Positions 37,365 to 49,788 of a DNA stretch of 64,000 nt are shown piece after piece (position 1 is the first letter of the stretch; every line of letters starts with the position of its first letter). This DNA is from Macrostomum lignano (Eukaryota). The notes beneath the pieces were generated by a model. The model saw only the letters and a program-made list of their open reading frames with translations, did not search any database and was not told the DNA's origin. A program made the position numbers and the translations under genes. The DNA lies in contig NIVC01000095.1 in assembly GCA_002269645.1 (NCBI GenBank), positions 496,001 through 560,000 on the forward strand, written 5' to 3'.

Positions 37365-37484
37365 TTTGAAACCCGTGATTTCTTAATTTTTGCCTGTGAC
37401 TTCAACTTGAACCGTGTTAGAAGGTACTGGCTGTGCATTGTGGCAGGAAGGCTTCTTTTTGCGAGGCTTGGCTCACCGCTTCTT

Positions 37485-38365
37485 AGCTGGCAGCATCCCC
37501 TCTGGAGCTGGCATCACCCCCTCTGTAGCTGGCAGCATCCCCTCTGTAGCTGGCAGCATCCCCTCTGTAGCTGGCAGCATCCCCTCTGTAGCTGGCAGCA
37601 TCCCCTCTGTAGCTGGCAGCATCCCCTCTGGAGCTGGCATCATCCCCTCTGTAGCAGGAAGCATCCCCTCTGGAGCTGGCATCACCCCCTCTGTAGCTGG
37701 CAGCATCCCCTCTGGAGCTGGCATAATCCCCTTTGGAGCTGGCATCACCCCCTCTGTAGCTGGCAGCATCCCCTCTGGAGCTGGCATCACCCCCTCTGTA
37801 GCTGGCAGCATCCCCTCTGTAGCTGGCAGCATCCCCTCTGGAGCTGGCAGCATCCCCTCTGTAGCTGGCAGCATCCCCTCTGTAGCTGGCAGCATCCCCT
37901 CTGTAGCTGGCAGCATCCCCTCTGTAGCTGGCAGCATCCCCTCTGGAGCTGGCATCATCCCCTCTGTAGCAGGAAGCATCCCCTCTGGAGCTGGCATCAC
38001 CCCCTCTGTAGCTGGCAGCATCCCCTCTGGAGCTGGCATAATCCCCTTTGGAGCTGGCATCACCCCCTCTGTAGCTGGCAGCATCCCCTCTGGAGCTGGC
38101 ATCACCCCCTCTGTAGCTGGCAGCATCCCCTCTGTAGCTGGCAGCATCCCCTCTGGAGCTGGCATCATCCCCTCTGTAGCTGGCAGCATCCCCTCTGGAG
38201 CTGGCATCACCCCCTCTAGCTGGCAGCATCCCCTCTGTAGCTGGCAGCATCCCCTCTGTAGCTGGCAGCATTCCCCTCTGGAGCTGGCATCACCCCCTCT
38301 GTAGCTGGCAGCATCCGCTCTGGAGCTGGCATCACCCCCTCTGTAGCTGGCATCACCCCTCTGTA
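37485..38365. repeat. 21-bp minisatellite (ccctctgtagctggcagcatc) with a higher-order block duplication
   Basis: The variant order gga/atc/aggaag/ataatccccttt repeats at ~315-bp spacing. Confidence 0.9.
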
Positions 38366-38654
38366 GTTAAGATTTAGGAAAAGACAGAGGGACAGGTTTC
38401 ACTAGGCTTGCATTTTGTTATCAAAGAGCATGACGTTTATTAGTTGTAAAAAAGAACTAATTTAATCTTTTTTGAATTGATCAATAATAAGGTGTTAATA
38501 AATTTAGTTTAAATTTGTTTGTCTATAATCACCGGGACATTATTTTAATACATTAATTAACACTTCAAATAATTAATTTATATTCATTTCTATAAAATTC
38601 TACTTCAGTATATAAGAAGGCTCATCTGTTTAATATATTTGTATAGTATTGCTT

Positions 38655-38830
38655 TAGTTCACCCAGCTGTAAAATGGGTGCCAGCATCAGCTGGGGTAAT
38701 TGAGGCTGTGTGTGGCGACCCCCAGTCCTTGGACTGAACAGCCGTACGCAGCCTTCAGATGCGCTGTGCAATAGCTGCGGCTGAGCTGTCGGTTGCACAT
38801 CTTCTCCATTAGGGCAGGTGTAATTAATTT
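38655..38830. mobile_element. Probable SINE 3'-domain fragment; a related fragment lies at ~62815-62960
   Basis: cacccagctgtaaaatgggtgccagcatcagctggggtaattgagg; similar gggtgctagcattagctggggtaattgaagg and gctgagctg at 62825-62935. Confidence 0.4.
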
Positions 38831-39319
38831 TTATATTATTGTCATCACTTTTTATTATTGTTAATTAATATCAAGTATTCATTCATCGACCATGGCGTTC
38901 TGCAAGTTAAAAAAACAAATTAAAATAAATTTTTATGGGCCAGTAATCAGTCATTGTTTCTAAAAAAATTAGGTTTGCTCTCCTAACTGAGATTTTATAT
39001 TTTTAAGTTACTAATTAATATATCTACATTTCTACTCCAAGTAAAAATGCTTTAATCTGTTTTCTTCAATTCGTATTATTATAATGTTTTGATTAATTAT
39101 GGTAATATAGATGTATAATCATGATTATTTTAGTTCTGATTTTATGATTTTAAATCTAAACATGTCTTCATGTTTCTAATTAAGAATGTTATTAAGTTTA
39201 TTGTATTTTGTACTGTAAAATGCGTTGCTTATATTGTAAACCCAAATACATCATTTTTACCACTCTCCATATCTATTTACATGTCTCATAATTTTTACGC
39301 CCGCGCAAAATTCTTTAAT

Positions 39320-41095
39320 GGCTCATATTCCAACCCACAGAATCTCCCACATTCCAACCCACAGTGGACCCACATTCCAGCCCACAGAATCTCCCACATT
39401 CCAACCCACAGTGGACCCACATTCCAGCCCACAGAATCTCCCACATTCCAACCCACAGTGGACCCACATTCCAGCCCACAGAATCTCCCACATTCCAACC
39501 CACATAATCTCCCACATTCCAACCCACATAATCTCCCACATTCCAACCCACAGTGGACCCACATTCCAACCCACAGAATCTCCCACATTCCAACCCACTG
39601 AATCTCCCACATTCCAACCCACAGTGGACCCACATTCCAGCCCACAGAATCTCCCACATTCCAACCCACAGAATCTCCCATATTCCAACCCACAGAATCA
39701 ACCACATTCCAACCCACAGAATCTCCCATATTCCAACCCACAGAATCTCCCATATTCCAACCCACAGAATCAACCACATTCCAACCCACATAATCTCCCA
39801 CATTCCAACCCACATAATCTCCCACATTCCAACCCACAGAATCTCCCATATTCCAACCCACAGAATCGCCCATATTCCAACCCACAGAATCAACCACATT
39901 CCAACCCACAGAATCTCCCACATTCCAGCCCACAGAATCTCCCATATTCCAACCCACAGAATCTCCCATATTCCAACCCACAGAATCTCCCATATTCCAA
40001 CCCACAGAATCAACCACATTCCAACCCACATAATCTCCCACATTCCAACCCACATAATCTCCCACATTCCAACCCACAGAATCTCCCATATTCCAACCCA
40101 CAGAATCGCCCATATTCCAACCCACAGAATCAACCACATTCCAACCCACAGAATCTCCCACATTCCAGCCCACAGAATCTCCCATATTCCAACCCACAGA
40201 ATCTCCCATATTCCAACCCACAGAATCTCCCACATTCCAACCCACATAATCTCCCACATTCCAACCCACATAATCTCCCACATTCCAACCCACAGAACCT
40301 CCCACATTCCAACCCACAGAATCTCCCATATTCCAACCCACAGAATCTCCCATATTCCAACCCACAGAATCAACCACATTCCAACCCACAATCTCCCACA
40401 TTCCAACCCACAGAATCTCCCACATCCCAGCCCACAGAATCTTCCATATTCCAACCCACAGAATCTCCCATATTCCAACCCACAGAATCAACCACATTCC
40501 AACCCACAGAATCTCCCACATTCCAACCCACATAATCTCCCACATTCCAACCCACAGAACCTCCCATATTCCAACCCACAGAACCTCCCATATTCCAACC
40601 CACAGAATCTCCCATATTCCAACCCACAGAATCAACCACATTCCAACCCACATAATCTCCCACATTCCAACCCACAGAACCTCCCACATTCCAACCCACA
40701 GAATCTCCCACATTCCAACCCACAGAATCTCCCACATTCCAACCCACATAATCTCCCACATTCCAACCCACAGAATCTCCCACATTCCAACCCACAGAAT
40801 CAACCACATTCCAACCCACAGAATCTCCCACATTCCAACCCACAGAACCTCCCACATTCCAACCCACAGAATCTCCCACATTCCAACCCACAGAATCTCC
40901 CACATTCCAACCCACATAATCTCCCACATTCCAACCCACAGAATCTCCCACATTCCAACCCACATAATCTCCCACATTCCAACCCACAGAATCTCCCACA
41001 TTCCAACCCACAGAATCTCCCACATTCCAACCCACATAATCTCCCACATTCCAACCCACAGAATCTCCCACATTCCAGCCCAACAGAATCATTCA
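39320..41095. repeat. 24-bp minisatellite (cacattccaacccacagaatctcc), ~1.8 kb
   Basis: Tandem array directly upstream of TyrRS. Confidence 0.95.
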
Positions 41096-41175
41096 TTATC
41101 TAATCTAACAGAATCACGCGTATTCCCTTATGGAAACCTGATTATCTATTGCTTGCATGACCAATCCAACACAAC

Positions 41176-42799
41176 ATGACTCAAAAACAGCAACTCATAA
41201 TCCGCAACCTACAAGAAGTAGTAGGCCTAGACAGACTCAAAGCTAAAACAGCCAAACACGAGTTGAGCGTGTACTGGGGCACGGCCACAACCGGTCGGCC
41301 TCATGTTGCCTATTTTGTACCGATGAGTAAGCTGGCCGATTACCTGCTAGCCGGGTGTCACGTGACTGTCCTGTTCGCCGACTTGCACGCCTACCTGGAC
41401 AACATGAAAGCGCCTTGGTCGCTGCTTAATAAACGTACAAATTATTACGAAACTGTGATTAAAGGCATGCTAAAATCGATTGGAGTACCGCTTGATCGAT
41501 TGAAATTTGTTCGCGGTACAGATTTTGAGTTGGGAAAAGAGTACACCAGAGATGTCTATCGTATCGCCGCCGAGGTCACGGTTCACGATGCTAAGAAGGC
41601 CGGCGCAGAGGTGGTTAAACAGGTAGCCAGTCCGTTGATTTCCGGCCTCCTTTATCCTTGTCTGCAGGCTCTTGACGAGCAGTACCTTGGAGTTGATGCT
41701 CAATTTGGCGGCGTAGATCAAAGAAAAATATTCATGCTAGCTGAGAAGTATCTGGTTAATTTAGGCTACTCTAAACGAATCCACCTGATGAATCCAATGA
41801 TTCCCGGCCTGACTGGCGGTAAGATGTCCGCCTCTGAGGCCGATTCAAAGATTGACTTGCTAGACTCGGCTGAGTCTGTTAGCGCTAAAGTTGCCGGCGC
41901 TCAATGCTCTCCCGGAGCCGCCGAAGGCAACGGAGTTCTCAGCTTCCTACAGTACGTTGTCTTCCCGTTGCTAGGCGGCACCGATGGCCTAGCGATTGGT
42001 TCGTCGAAGAAACGTTACGCCGAATTCCAACAGGTGTCTGAAGATTTCGCGTCGGGTAGTTTAACTGCCGAAGATTTGAAAGGCTGCGTTGCTGACAGTC
42101 TGAACCGGTTGCTGGGTCCCGTTAGAAAAGAATTCGAAGAATCTTCGGAGCTTCAACAGCTCCTGGTGGATGCCTATCCGAAGGATCAACCAGCTAAGAG
42201 CAGCAGCGGTGGAGATGCCGGCGATGTAGCCGACCGTCTGCCTGGAATTCAACTGGCCACCATCGACGCCAAACTGATTGAATCGCTAAGTCGGTTTGCT
42301 ACTCAGTTTGGTTCTCAAGATTCTGTGCCAGTCAAATCTGGTTCATCACCCAGGTTGCTATGGACAATTAGACCTTGCGGTCCGATGCACCTGGGACACC
42401 TGGTGCCGCTGCTTGGCGCCCTGTCTATGGCCAAGGCTGGCTGGAGGGTCACCTTGTTAGTGTCCGAGATGCAGGCTTTCTTAGATAGGAAGCGAGCTCC
42501 AATTGACTCGCTGGAAGTTAGAGGTTCGACAGTTAAAGATGTGCTAAGTCGCTTGGCAACTGGTCTCCTAGGCGACACAGCTGCCGCTGCCGTCACCGTG
42601 ACTTCTGGCCTAGAAGAGTTGAGCTATAACAAAGACTACGTGCTGGATATGTATCGTCTGGTGTCTTTAGTTACTGTTGACGAGGTGAGGAGCAGTTAGA
42701 TAAAATGCAACAGTCTTAAAATAGACAGACCGTAGAAAAAAAGGTTTCTTTGATTGTCACCTATCTACCTGTCAGTGCCTGTGTGTCTTTCTGTCTATC

Positions 42800-42894
<95 letters not shown>

Positions 42895-43045
42895 GTATCT
42901 ATTTATCTATCTATCAATCTATTTATCTATCTATCTATCTTTTATATCTATCTATCTATCTATGTATCTATCTATGTATCTATTTATCTATCTATCAATC
43001 TATTTATCTATCTATCTATCTTTTATATCTATCTATCTATCTATG

Positions 43046-43084
<39 letters not shown>

Positions 43085-43092
43085 TTATCTAT

Positions 43093-43164
<72 letters not shown>

Positions 43165-43203
43165 CTGTCTATCTATCTATCTATCTATGTATCTATCTAT
43201 CTG

Positions 43204-43261
<58 letters not shown>

Positions 43262-45536
43262 CATCTGTCTATCTATTAAAGAAATTATTCAAGACGAAAT
43301 AAAAGAGAAACAAATACGATGAAATGCCTGCACAAACAATATTATGAGCACACTCTACTCCGCCCCTTCGCCCAGGCAATGCAAGCCGGCTCTGGTGTCC
43401 TCTCTCACGGCGAGCACCCGCCACTCTCCCACCTGCTGTGGCCCTGCCTGTCCGCTCTGGACGCCCACCACTGCCGGGCCTCCGTCCGCCTTTGCGGCCA
43501 AGACGAGTCCAGCTTGTCCGAGTTCTCCTCTCTCGCTCTTAATTGTCTGGGCTACCCGGCAACTCCTAGCTTTGCTCATGCTCAACTGCCAGGCCTCACT
43601 GGCCAGTCCAGCATGAGCTTGTCTGATCCTGATAGCGCCATCTTAGCTTTGGAGTCGGCTGCCAGTTTGAAAAAGAAAGTAAAAAAAATGTTCTGCGAGC
43701 CTGGCAATGTTGATCGGTGCCCGCCGTTGGACTGCCTGCGGCTGCTGTTGCTTCCGTTTAAACGACTCAGTGGCTCAGAAGGTGACAGCATCCGGGTGTC
43801 TCGGTCTGCTGAACTCGGTGGCGACCTGGTGTTTGCCAGCTTCGATGAGTTGAAGTCTGCGTTTGTTGATAAGGTGACAAATCTTTGCCGTCTGGTAGTG
43901 CTTCTGTTAGATTCGGATAAGGCAGTTAGAGATGCAGGGAGAGGCTGTTAGAGATGCAGGGAGAGGCTGTTAGAGATGCAGGGAGAGGCTGTTAGAGACG
44001 CAGAGAAGCAGTTAGAGACGCAGGGAAAGGCAGTTAGAAATGCAGGGAGAGGCTGTAAGAGACGCAGGGAGAGGCTGTTAGAGACGCAGGGAGAGGCTGT
44101 TAGAGACGCAGGGAGAGGCAGTTAGAGATACAGGGAGAAGCTGTTAGAGACGCAGGGAGAGGCTGTTAGAGACGCAGGGAGAGGCAGTTAGAGATACAGG
44201 GAGAGGCTGTTAGAGACGCAGGAAGAGGCAGTTGGATTTGGTTAATCTTGTACATTTCTACATTTTCAACCCCTTGCCTTCACAACTGCCAGTCTCTGCA
44301 CCCCGGCGACCTGAAAGCCCACGTGGAGTCTGGCCTGCTGGAGATGCAGAACCGTCTGCGAGAGTTGATTGGCCCCGAGCTGACTAAAAAACTGGACGGC
44401 GCATTTGCTGCGCCTGATAAGAGTGAGTTTATATTTTTCAACTATTAAATACCTACTTGTTTATGGCTACTGTCAGTAGTAGCTTTTCTAGCTTTGGAGA
44501 TCGAAAAATCTGGATTTTTTGGTATGCCATTGAATTGGCCCCAAAATTGAGCGTCAGATAGCGCCAAAATAAATGTCAGAAGTGAGTGTCAGATAGCGCC
44601 AAAAATGAGTCAGTTGGCGCCAAAAATGAGTTTCAGTTGGCGCCTAAAGTAAGTGTCAGATAGCGCCGAAAATAGGTGTCAGATAGCGCCAAAAGTGTGA
44701 GCGCCAAATAGCGTCAAAAATGAGTGTCAGATCGTGCCGAAAATAGATGTCAGATAGCGCCGAAAATAGGTGTCAGATAGCGCCAAAACTAAGTCTCAGT
44801 TGGCGCCAAAAATGAGTGTCAGATAGCGCCAAAAATAAGTGTCAGATAGCGCCAAAATTGAGTGTCAGATAGCGCCAAAATTGAGTGTCAGATAGCGCCA
44901 AAATTGAGTGTCAGTTGGCGCCAAAGCTGAGTGTCAGATAGCGCCAAAAATTCTGTCGTCAAATCCATCCAAACCCTCACCCCCTCCAACCTCTCCCCCG
45001 CTGCAGAGTCAGCCGGTGCAGCAGCAGACGAGCTGAACCCTCACCGTCTGGACATCCGGGTTGGCCGCATCCTCGACGTCTCGGTCCACCCAGACGCCGA
45101 CCAGCTGTACGTTGAGTCGGTGGATCTGGGCGAGGACCGGCCTCGGACTGTAGTGTCGGGCCTGGTGAAGTACCTGCCGGCTGACCAGTTGCGCAATCAG
45201 CTGTTCCTGTTCCTCTGCAATTTGAAGCCGGCTAAAATGCGCGGCATCGAGTCCAGCGCCATGCTGCTGTGCGCCAGCGCCACCGACGGCGCCACTGTTG
45301 AGCCGCTGAACCCGCCGGAAGGTTCGAATCCGGGCGACCGAGTCGGATTCGAAGGAGTTGCTGAGATCCCATTGGGCCCGGACAAGGAGCTCAATCCCAA
45401 GAAGAAAGTCTGGGAGAAGATTGCCGAACATTTGCGCGTTAACGAGGACGGCATTGCGGTTTGGCGCCAATTTGAAATGCGAACGGAACGGGGCATTGTG
45501 GTGGCGCCAAGTCTCAGCTCAGCGCCGGTGAAATAA
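41176..45536 (+). CDS. YARS1: Cytosolic tyrosyl-tRNA synthetase, double-length (two TyrRS modules plus EMAP-II C-domain), 4 exons, 888 aa
   Basis: Exons 41176-42684, 43376-43873, 44293-44422, 45007-45536 (2667 nt; phases 0, 0, 1). Motifs [53 protein letters not shown]; second module MFCEPGN, LHPGDLK; [50 protein letters not shown]. The start is slightly uncertain because an in-frame acceptor at 41190 is possible. Confidence 0.95.
42790..43275. repeat. (TCTA)n microsatellite in TyrRS intron 1
   Basis: Direct observation. Confidence 0.95.
43915..44230. repeat. 22-bp minisatellite (gttagagacgcagggagaggct) in TyrRS intron 2
   Basis: Direct observation. Confidence 0.9.
44545..44950. repeat. ~23-bp minisatellite (gtgtcagatagcgccaaaaatga) in TyrRS intron 3
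   Basis: Direct observation. Confidence 0.9.
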
Positions 45537-45629
45537 TTTCAAGCTTACGTGAACTTTTCTTCCAATTCTGACATCTGCCCGGACCACTGCGGTGATTGAG
45601 TTTATATTTATTGCGCCATAGCATTCTCG

Positions 45630-46080
45630 ACTGTGTTCCCCTCTCCCCCGATATGTTTTCCCCCTTCCCCCCGTTGTGTTTTCCCCTCTACCCCCCGCTG
45701 TTTTCCCCTCTGCCCCCAGCTGTGTTTTCCCTCTGCCCCCCGCTGTGTTTCCCCTCTGCCCCCCGCTGTGTTTCCCCTCTGCCCCCCGCTGTGTTTTCCC
45801 CTCTACCCCCGCTGTGTTTTCCCCTCTACCCCCCGCTGTTTTCCCCTCTGCCCCCAGCTGTGTTTTCCCTCTGCCCCCCGCTGTGTTTCCCCTCTGCCCC
45901 CCGCTGTGTTTTCCCCTCTGCCCCCCGCTGTGTTTCCCCTCTGTTCCCCGCTGTGTTTTCCCCTCTGCCCCCCGCTGTGTTTCCCCTCTGCCCCCGCTGT
46001 GTTTTCCCCTCTGCCCCCCGCTGTGTTTTCCCCTCTGCCCCCCGCTGTGTTTTCCCTCTCCCCGCTGTGTTTTCCCCTCT
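45630..46080. repeat. ~23-bp C-rich minisatellite (ccctctgccccccgctgtgtttt) 3' of TyrRS
   Basis: Direct observation. Confidence 0.9.
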
Positions 46081-46727
46081 CTTCCCATTTCCCATCTCTT
46101 CCCACGGATTTCTTCTTCCCTACTTTAGCGCCACACTATTGATATTACTTTTCTTGAGAGAGGATGTTTCTCTAATATTTCTGTATTGTCTTTAACTAAT
46201 TATAACAAATTTGCGGTTAGTTTTATTAATTTTTCCTAACGTATAGTACATGTATAACTAAACATAATATTTGAACTGATACTGAATCTGACAAACAAGT
46301 CTCAATCAATTCTCGGTCTGTTTTCGCTTTTCTATCGTGAAAGCCCTATAGCGTATTTATTTCCATTTGAGTTCCTCGGGATCTTCACTGCTGCCTCTTG
46401 GCTATATTCGGCTATTGATCTTCGGTTGTCGCTTCTTGACCTTGTGTAGCTTATTCTACAAGCAGTAAATCCGGATCATTCAAGTACCCTATAAGTATAG
46501 TTATGTAATTTGGTTTGAGTTGTCAAGTCTGACTTTAAGCGGATCTTTTTGCAACCGGCTTTGTCCAGACTGCAGTTGTCTTTGAGATAGATAATAAAAT
46601 TGAAACCAGCCAGTGTATGCTTTTGTGATTTAACTGCGGCTAGCTTTTTTTTCAAAGTGACGCGATTGTGGTTACCTAGATTATGCTAAAGACTGATTAA
46701 TTGTTTCATTTTATAACACCGGCCATT

Positions 46728-47875
46728 ACAGATCCTCAGTTGCTGGGCCAGCCTCCCAGATCCTCAGTTGCTGGGCAAGCCTCCCAGATCCTCAGTTGCT
46801 GGGCCAGCCTCCCAGATCCTCAGTTGCTGGGCCAGCCTCCCAGATCCTCAGTTGCTGGGCCAGCCTCCCAGATCCCCAGTTGCTGGGCCAGCCTCCCAGA
46901 GTGTCAGTTGCTGGGCCAGCCTCCCAGACCCTCAGTTGCTGGGCCAGCCTCCCAGATCCTCAGTTGCTGGGCCAGCCTCCCAGATCCTCAGTTGCTGGGC
47001 CAGCCTCCCAGATCCTCAGTTGCTGGGCCAGCCTCCCAGATCCTCAGTTGCTGGGCAACCAGGCTCCCAGATCCTCAGTTGCTGGGCCAGCCTCCCAGAT
47101 CCTCAGTTGCTTGGCCAGCCACCCAGAGTGTCAGTTGCTGGGCCAGCCTCCCAGATCCTCTGTTGCTGGGCCAGCCTCCCAGATCCTCAGTTGCTGGGCC
47201 AGCCTCTCAGATCCTCAGTTGCTGGGCCAGCCTCCCAGATCCTCAGTTGCTGGGCCAGCCTCTCAGATCCTCAGTTGCTGGGCCAGCCTCCCAGATCCTC
47301 AGTTGCTGGGCCAGCCTCCCAGATCCTCAGTTGCTGGGCCAGCCTCCCAGATCCTCAGTTGCTGGGCCAGCCTCCCAGATCCTCAGTTGCTGGGCCAGCC
47401 TCCCAGATCCTCAGTTGCTGGGCAACCAGGCTCCCAGATCCTCAGTTGCTGGGCCAGCCTCCCAGATCCTCAGTTGCTTGGCCAGCCACCCAGAGTGTCA
47501 GTTGCTGGGCCAGCCTCCCAGATCCTCAGTTGCTGGGCCAGCCTCCCAGATCCTCAGTTGCTGGGCCAGCCTCTCAGATCCTCAGTTGCTGGGCCAGCCT
47601 CCCAGATCCTCAGTTGCTGGGCCAGCCTCCCAGTTCCTCAGTTGCTGGGCAACCAGGCTCCCAGATCCTCAGTTGCTGGGCCAGCCTCCCAGATCCTCAG
47701 TTGCTTGGCCAGCCACCCAGAGTGTCAGTTGCTGGGCCAGCCTCCCAGATCCTCAGTTGCTGGGCCAGCCTCCCAGATCCTCAGTTGCTGGGCCAGCCTC
47801 TCAGATCCTCAGTTGCTGGGCCAGCCTCCCAGATCCTCAGTTGCTGGGCCAGCCTCCCAGATCCTCAGTTGCTGT
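46728..47875 (+). repeat. 28-bp minisatellite (ctcagttgctgggccagcctcccagatc), array A
   Basis: ~40 copies with a periodic 'ggcaaccagg' variant. Confidence 0.95.
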
Positions 47876-48707
47876 TTCACTGCCACCCATTTCTTTTCGT
47901 ATTTATAAGCAACAGTTCGATAATGAATAATTTGTTAATGACAGACACAACGCGTTATTTACTGTTAAGTTTCGAATTTCAAACAATTATTGGATCAATG
48001 GTATATTTTAATCAAGCTTGCAGCATCTGACAAAGTACGCGTTGACAATTAGGCTAAATAGTTATTATTTTGAATTATACATGCAAATGACAATATAAGT
48101 AGCTTTAAAATGACGCAGTGTTACATAGCAAGGTTATCTCGTATTGTCATGGCGCTGAAACATCTGTAGTTATAGAGGTATTGAAAATCCAGGTGTGTGG
48201 GGCATTGACAAGGAAGCTAGGAGCCCCAGCAACTACAGTTCTTCAGTGACTACTTTCGATCGTGTACCGCTGAAGCTGCCTCTTCAAGGTACACATGCAG
48301 AGCTATAATGAATAAGAGGTGTATTGATGAAACAATGATTCAGTATATTGAAGTCCCTGATGTACAATATCAACTACAAGCTAGTGCAAGTCACGTGAGA
48401 CTGGAAGCCAGGTGGTGCCTCCTGCACCTGTAGCAGACTCCGCCCAGGCCCACAGTACCTCTTGGCGCTGCCTTCTTAGCCCTGCCCGAGCCAAACTGCC
48501 GACTATCCAGGTCCGGCAGCACATTGCTCATCTTCTGCAGATCCATCAGAGTCGCTTTCACATCCTCCGGCAGAGTCTGATTGCTCAGAATCTCTTTGAG
48601 CACTGCAGCGGTGTTCTCGCGGCGTTCGGCGGGGGTCAGGGCGGACTCGGCGGCGCTGGCGGCTGCCGAGCGCCACATCTGGCTGCTGCGATGGTGCTCG
48701 GGCGAGT

Positions 48708-49143
48708 CTAGCAGTGACGGGAGCTGCTGCCGCCTGCCGCTGCCTGCGGTGGCGGCGCCCTCCGGTTTAGTCGGCGGCGCAGTCTGGCCAGCTGCAGCTC
48801 CGACTGTTGGAGACGAGCTCTGAGCTCGGTGTACTGCTCCAGGGTGCAGCAGCTGCGGCCGGGCCGGCTGGCTGTGGCGCAGGGTGGAGCGCCTGCCGCC
48901 GTCTGCTTCTGCTGAGTGCATGGCGTGTGGTACACGGAGTAAGGGAACTGGTAATTGCGCGTAAGTTTGATTAGGTTACTACTTACAGTATGAAGTGGTG
49001 CATTGCAGCTGCGTGCAAGTTAACATTCTATTCTATTTCAGTGCACGGAAGTATGCGATTAAACCAGGTCAATAGGGATATCTAATAGTACATTGGTCTG
49101 TAATATTTACTACTGGATTCAACAATTAAGTGAACTTAATCCA

Positions 49144-49203
<60 letters not shown>

Positions 49204-49644
49204 TAGAGCACCGGGAGATGAGATGAGAGAGAGTAGATAGAGCTCAGGGAGCTAAGAGAGGAGTAGATAGAGCAGAGGGAGATGAGAGAGGAGTAGATAG
49301 AGCAGAGGGAGATGAGAGAGGAGTAGATAGAGCAGAGGGAGATGAGAGAGGAGTAGATAGAGCAGAGGGAGATGAGAGAGGAGTAGATAGAGCAGAGGGA
49401 GATGAGAGAGGAGTAGATAGAGCAGAGGGAGATGAGAGAGGAGTAGATAGAGCAGAGGGAGATGAGAGAGGAGTAGATAGAGCAGAGGGAGATGAGAGAG
49501 GAGTAGATAGAGCAGAGGGAGATGAGAGAGGAGTAGATAGAGCAGAGGGAGATGAGAGAGGAGTAGATAGAGCAGAGGGAGATGATAGAGGAGTAGATAG
49601 AGCAGAGGGAGATGAGAGAGGAGTAGATAGAGCACAGGGAGATG

Positions 49645-49687
<43 letters not shown>

Positions 49688-49788
49688 ACTGAGAGCAGCA
49701 ATGTTTAAACACAGCACAACACGCATCACAGCAAAAGCTGGCGCACAAACAGGGTCCAAGGTACCTTAATGTTAGCATTGCTGGACAT
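48708..49788 (-). CDS. Putative small coiled-coil protein, 2 exons, ~87 aa (3' structure ambiguous)
   Basis: Exons 49788-49765 (MSSNANIK|gtacct) and 48947-48708 (ag|FPYSVYH...LEQYTELRARLQQSELQLARLRRRL...). The intron carries GA repeats like the other introns here. An overlapping frame stays coding-like to 48391. Confidence 0.45.
49147..49690. repeat. 30-bp minisatellite (gagtagatagagcagagggagatgagagag) bracketed by (GA)n
   Basis: Direct observation. Confidence 0.9.

Noticed and set aside
42180-44422. Second TyrRS module as an assembly duplication or a separate pseudogene
   Set aside because: It is highly diverged from module 1, joined to it without a stop inside one exon, and has phase-consistent introns leading into EMAP-II.
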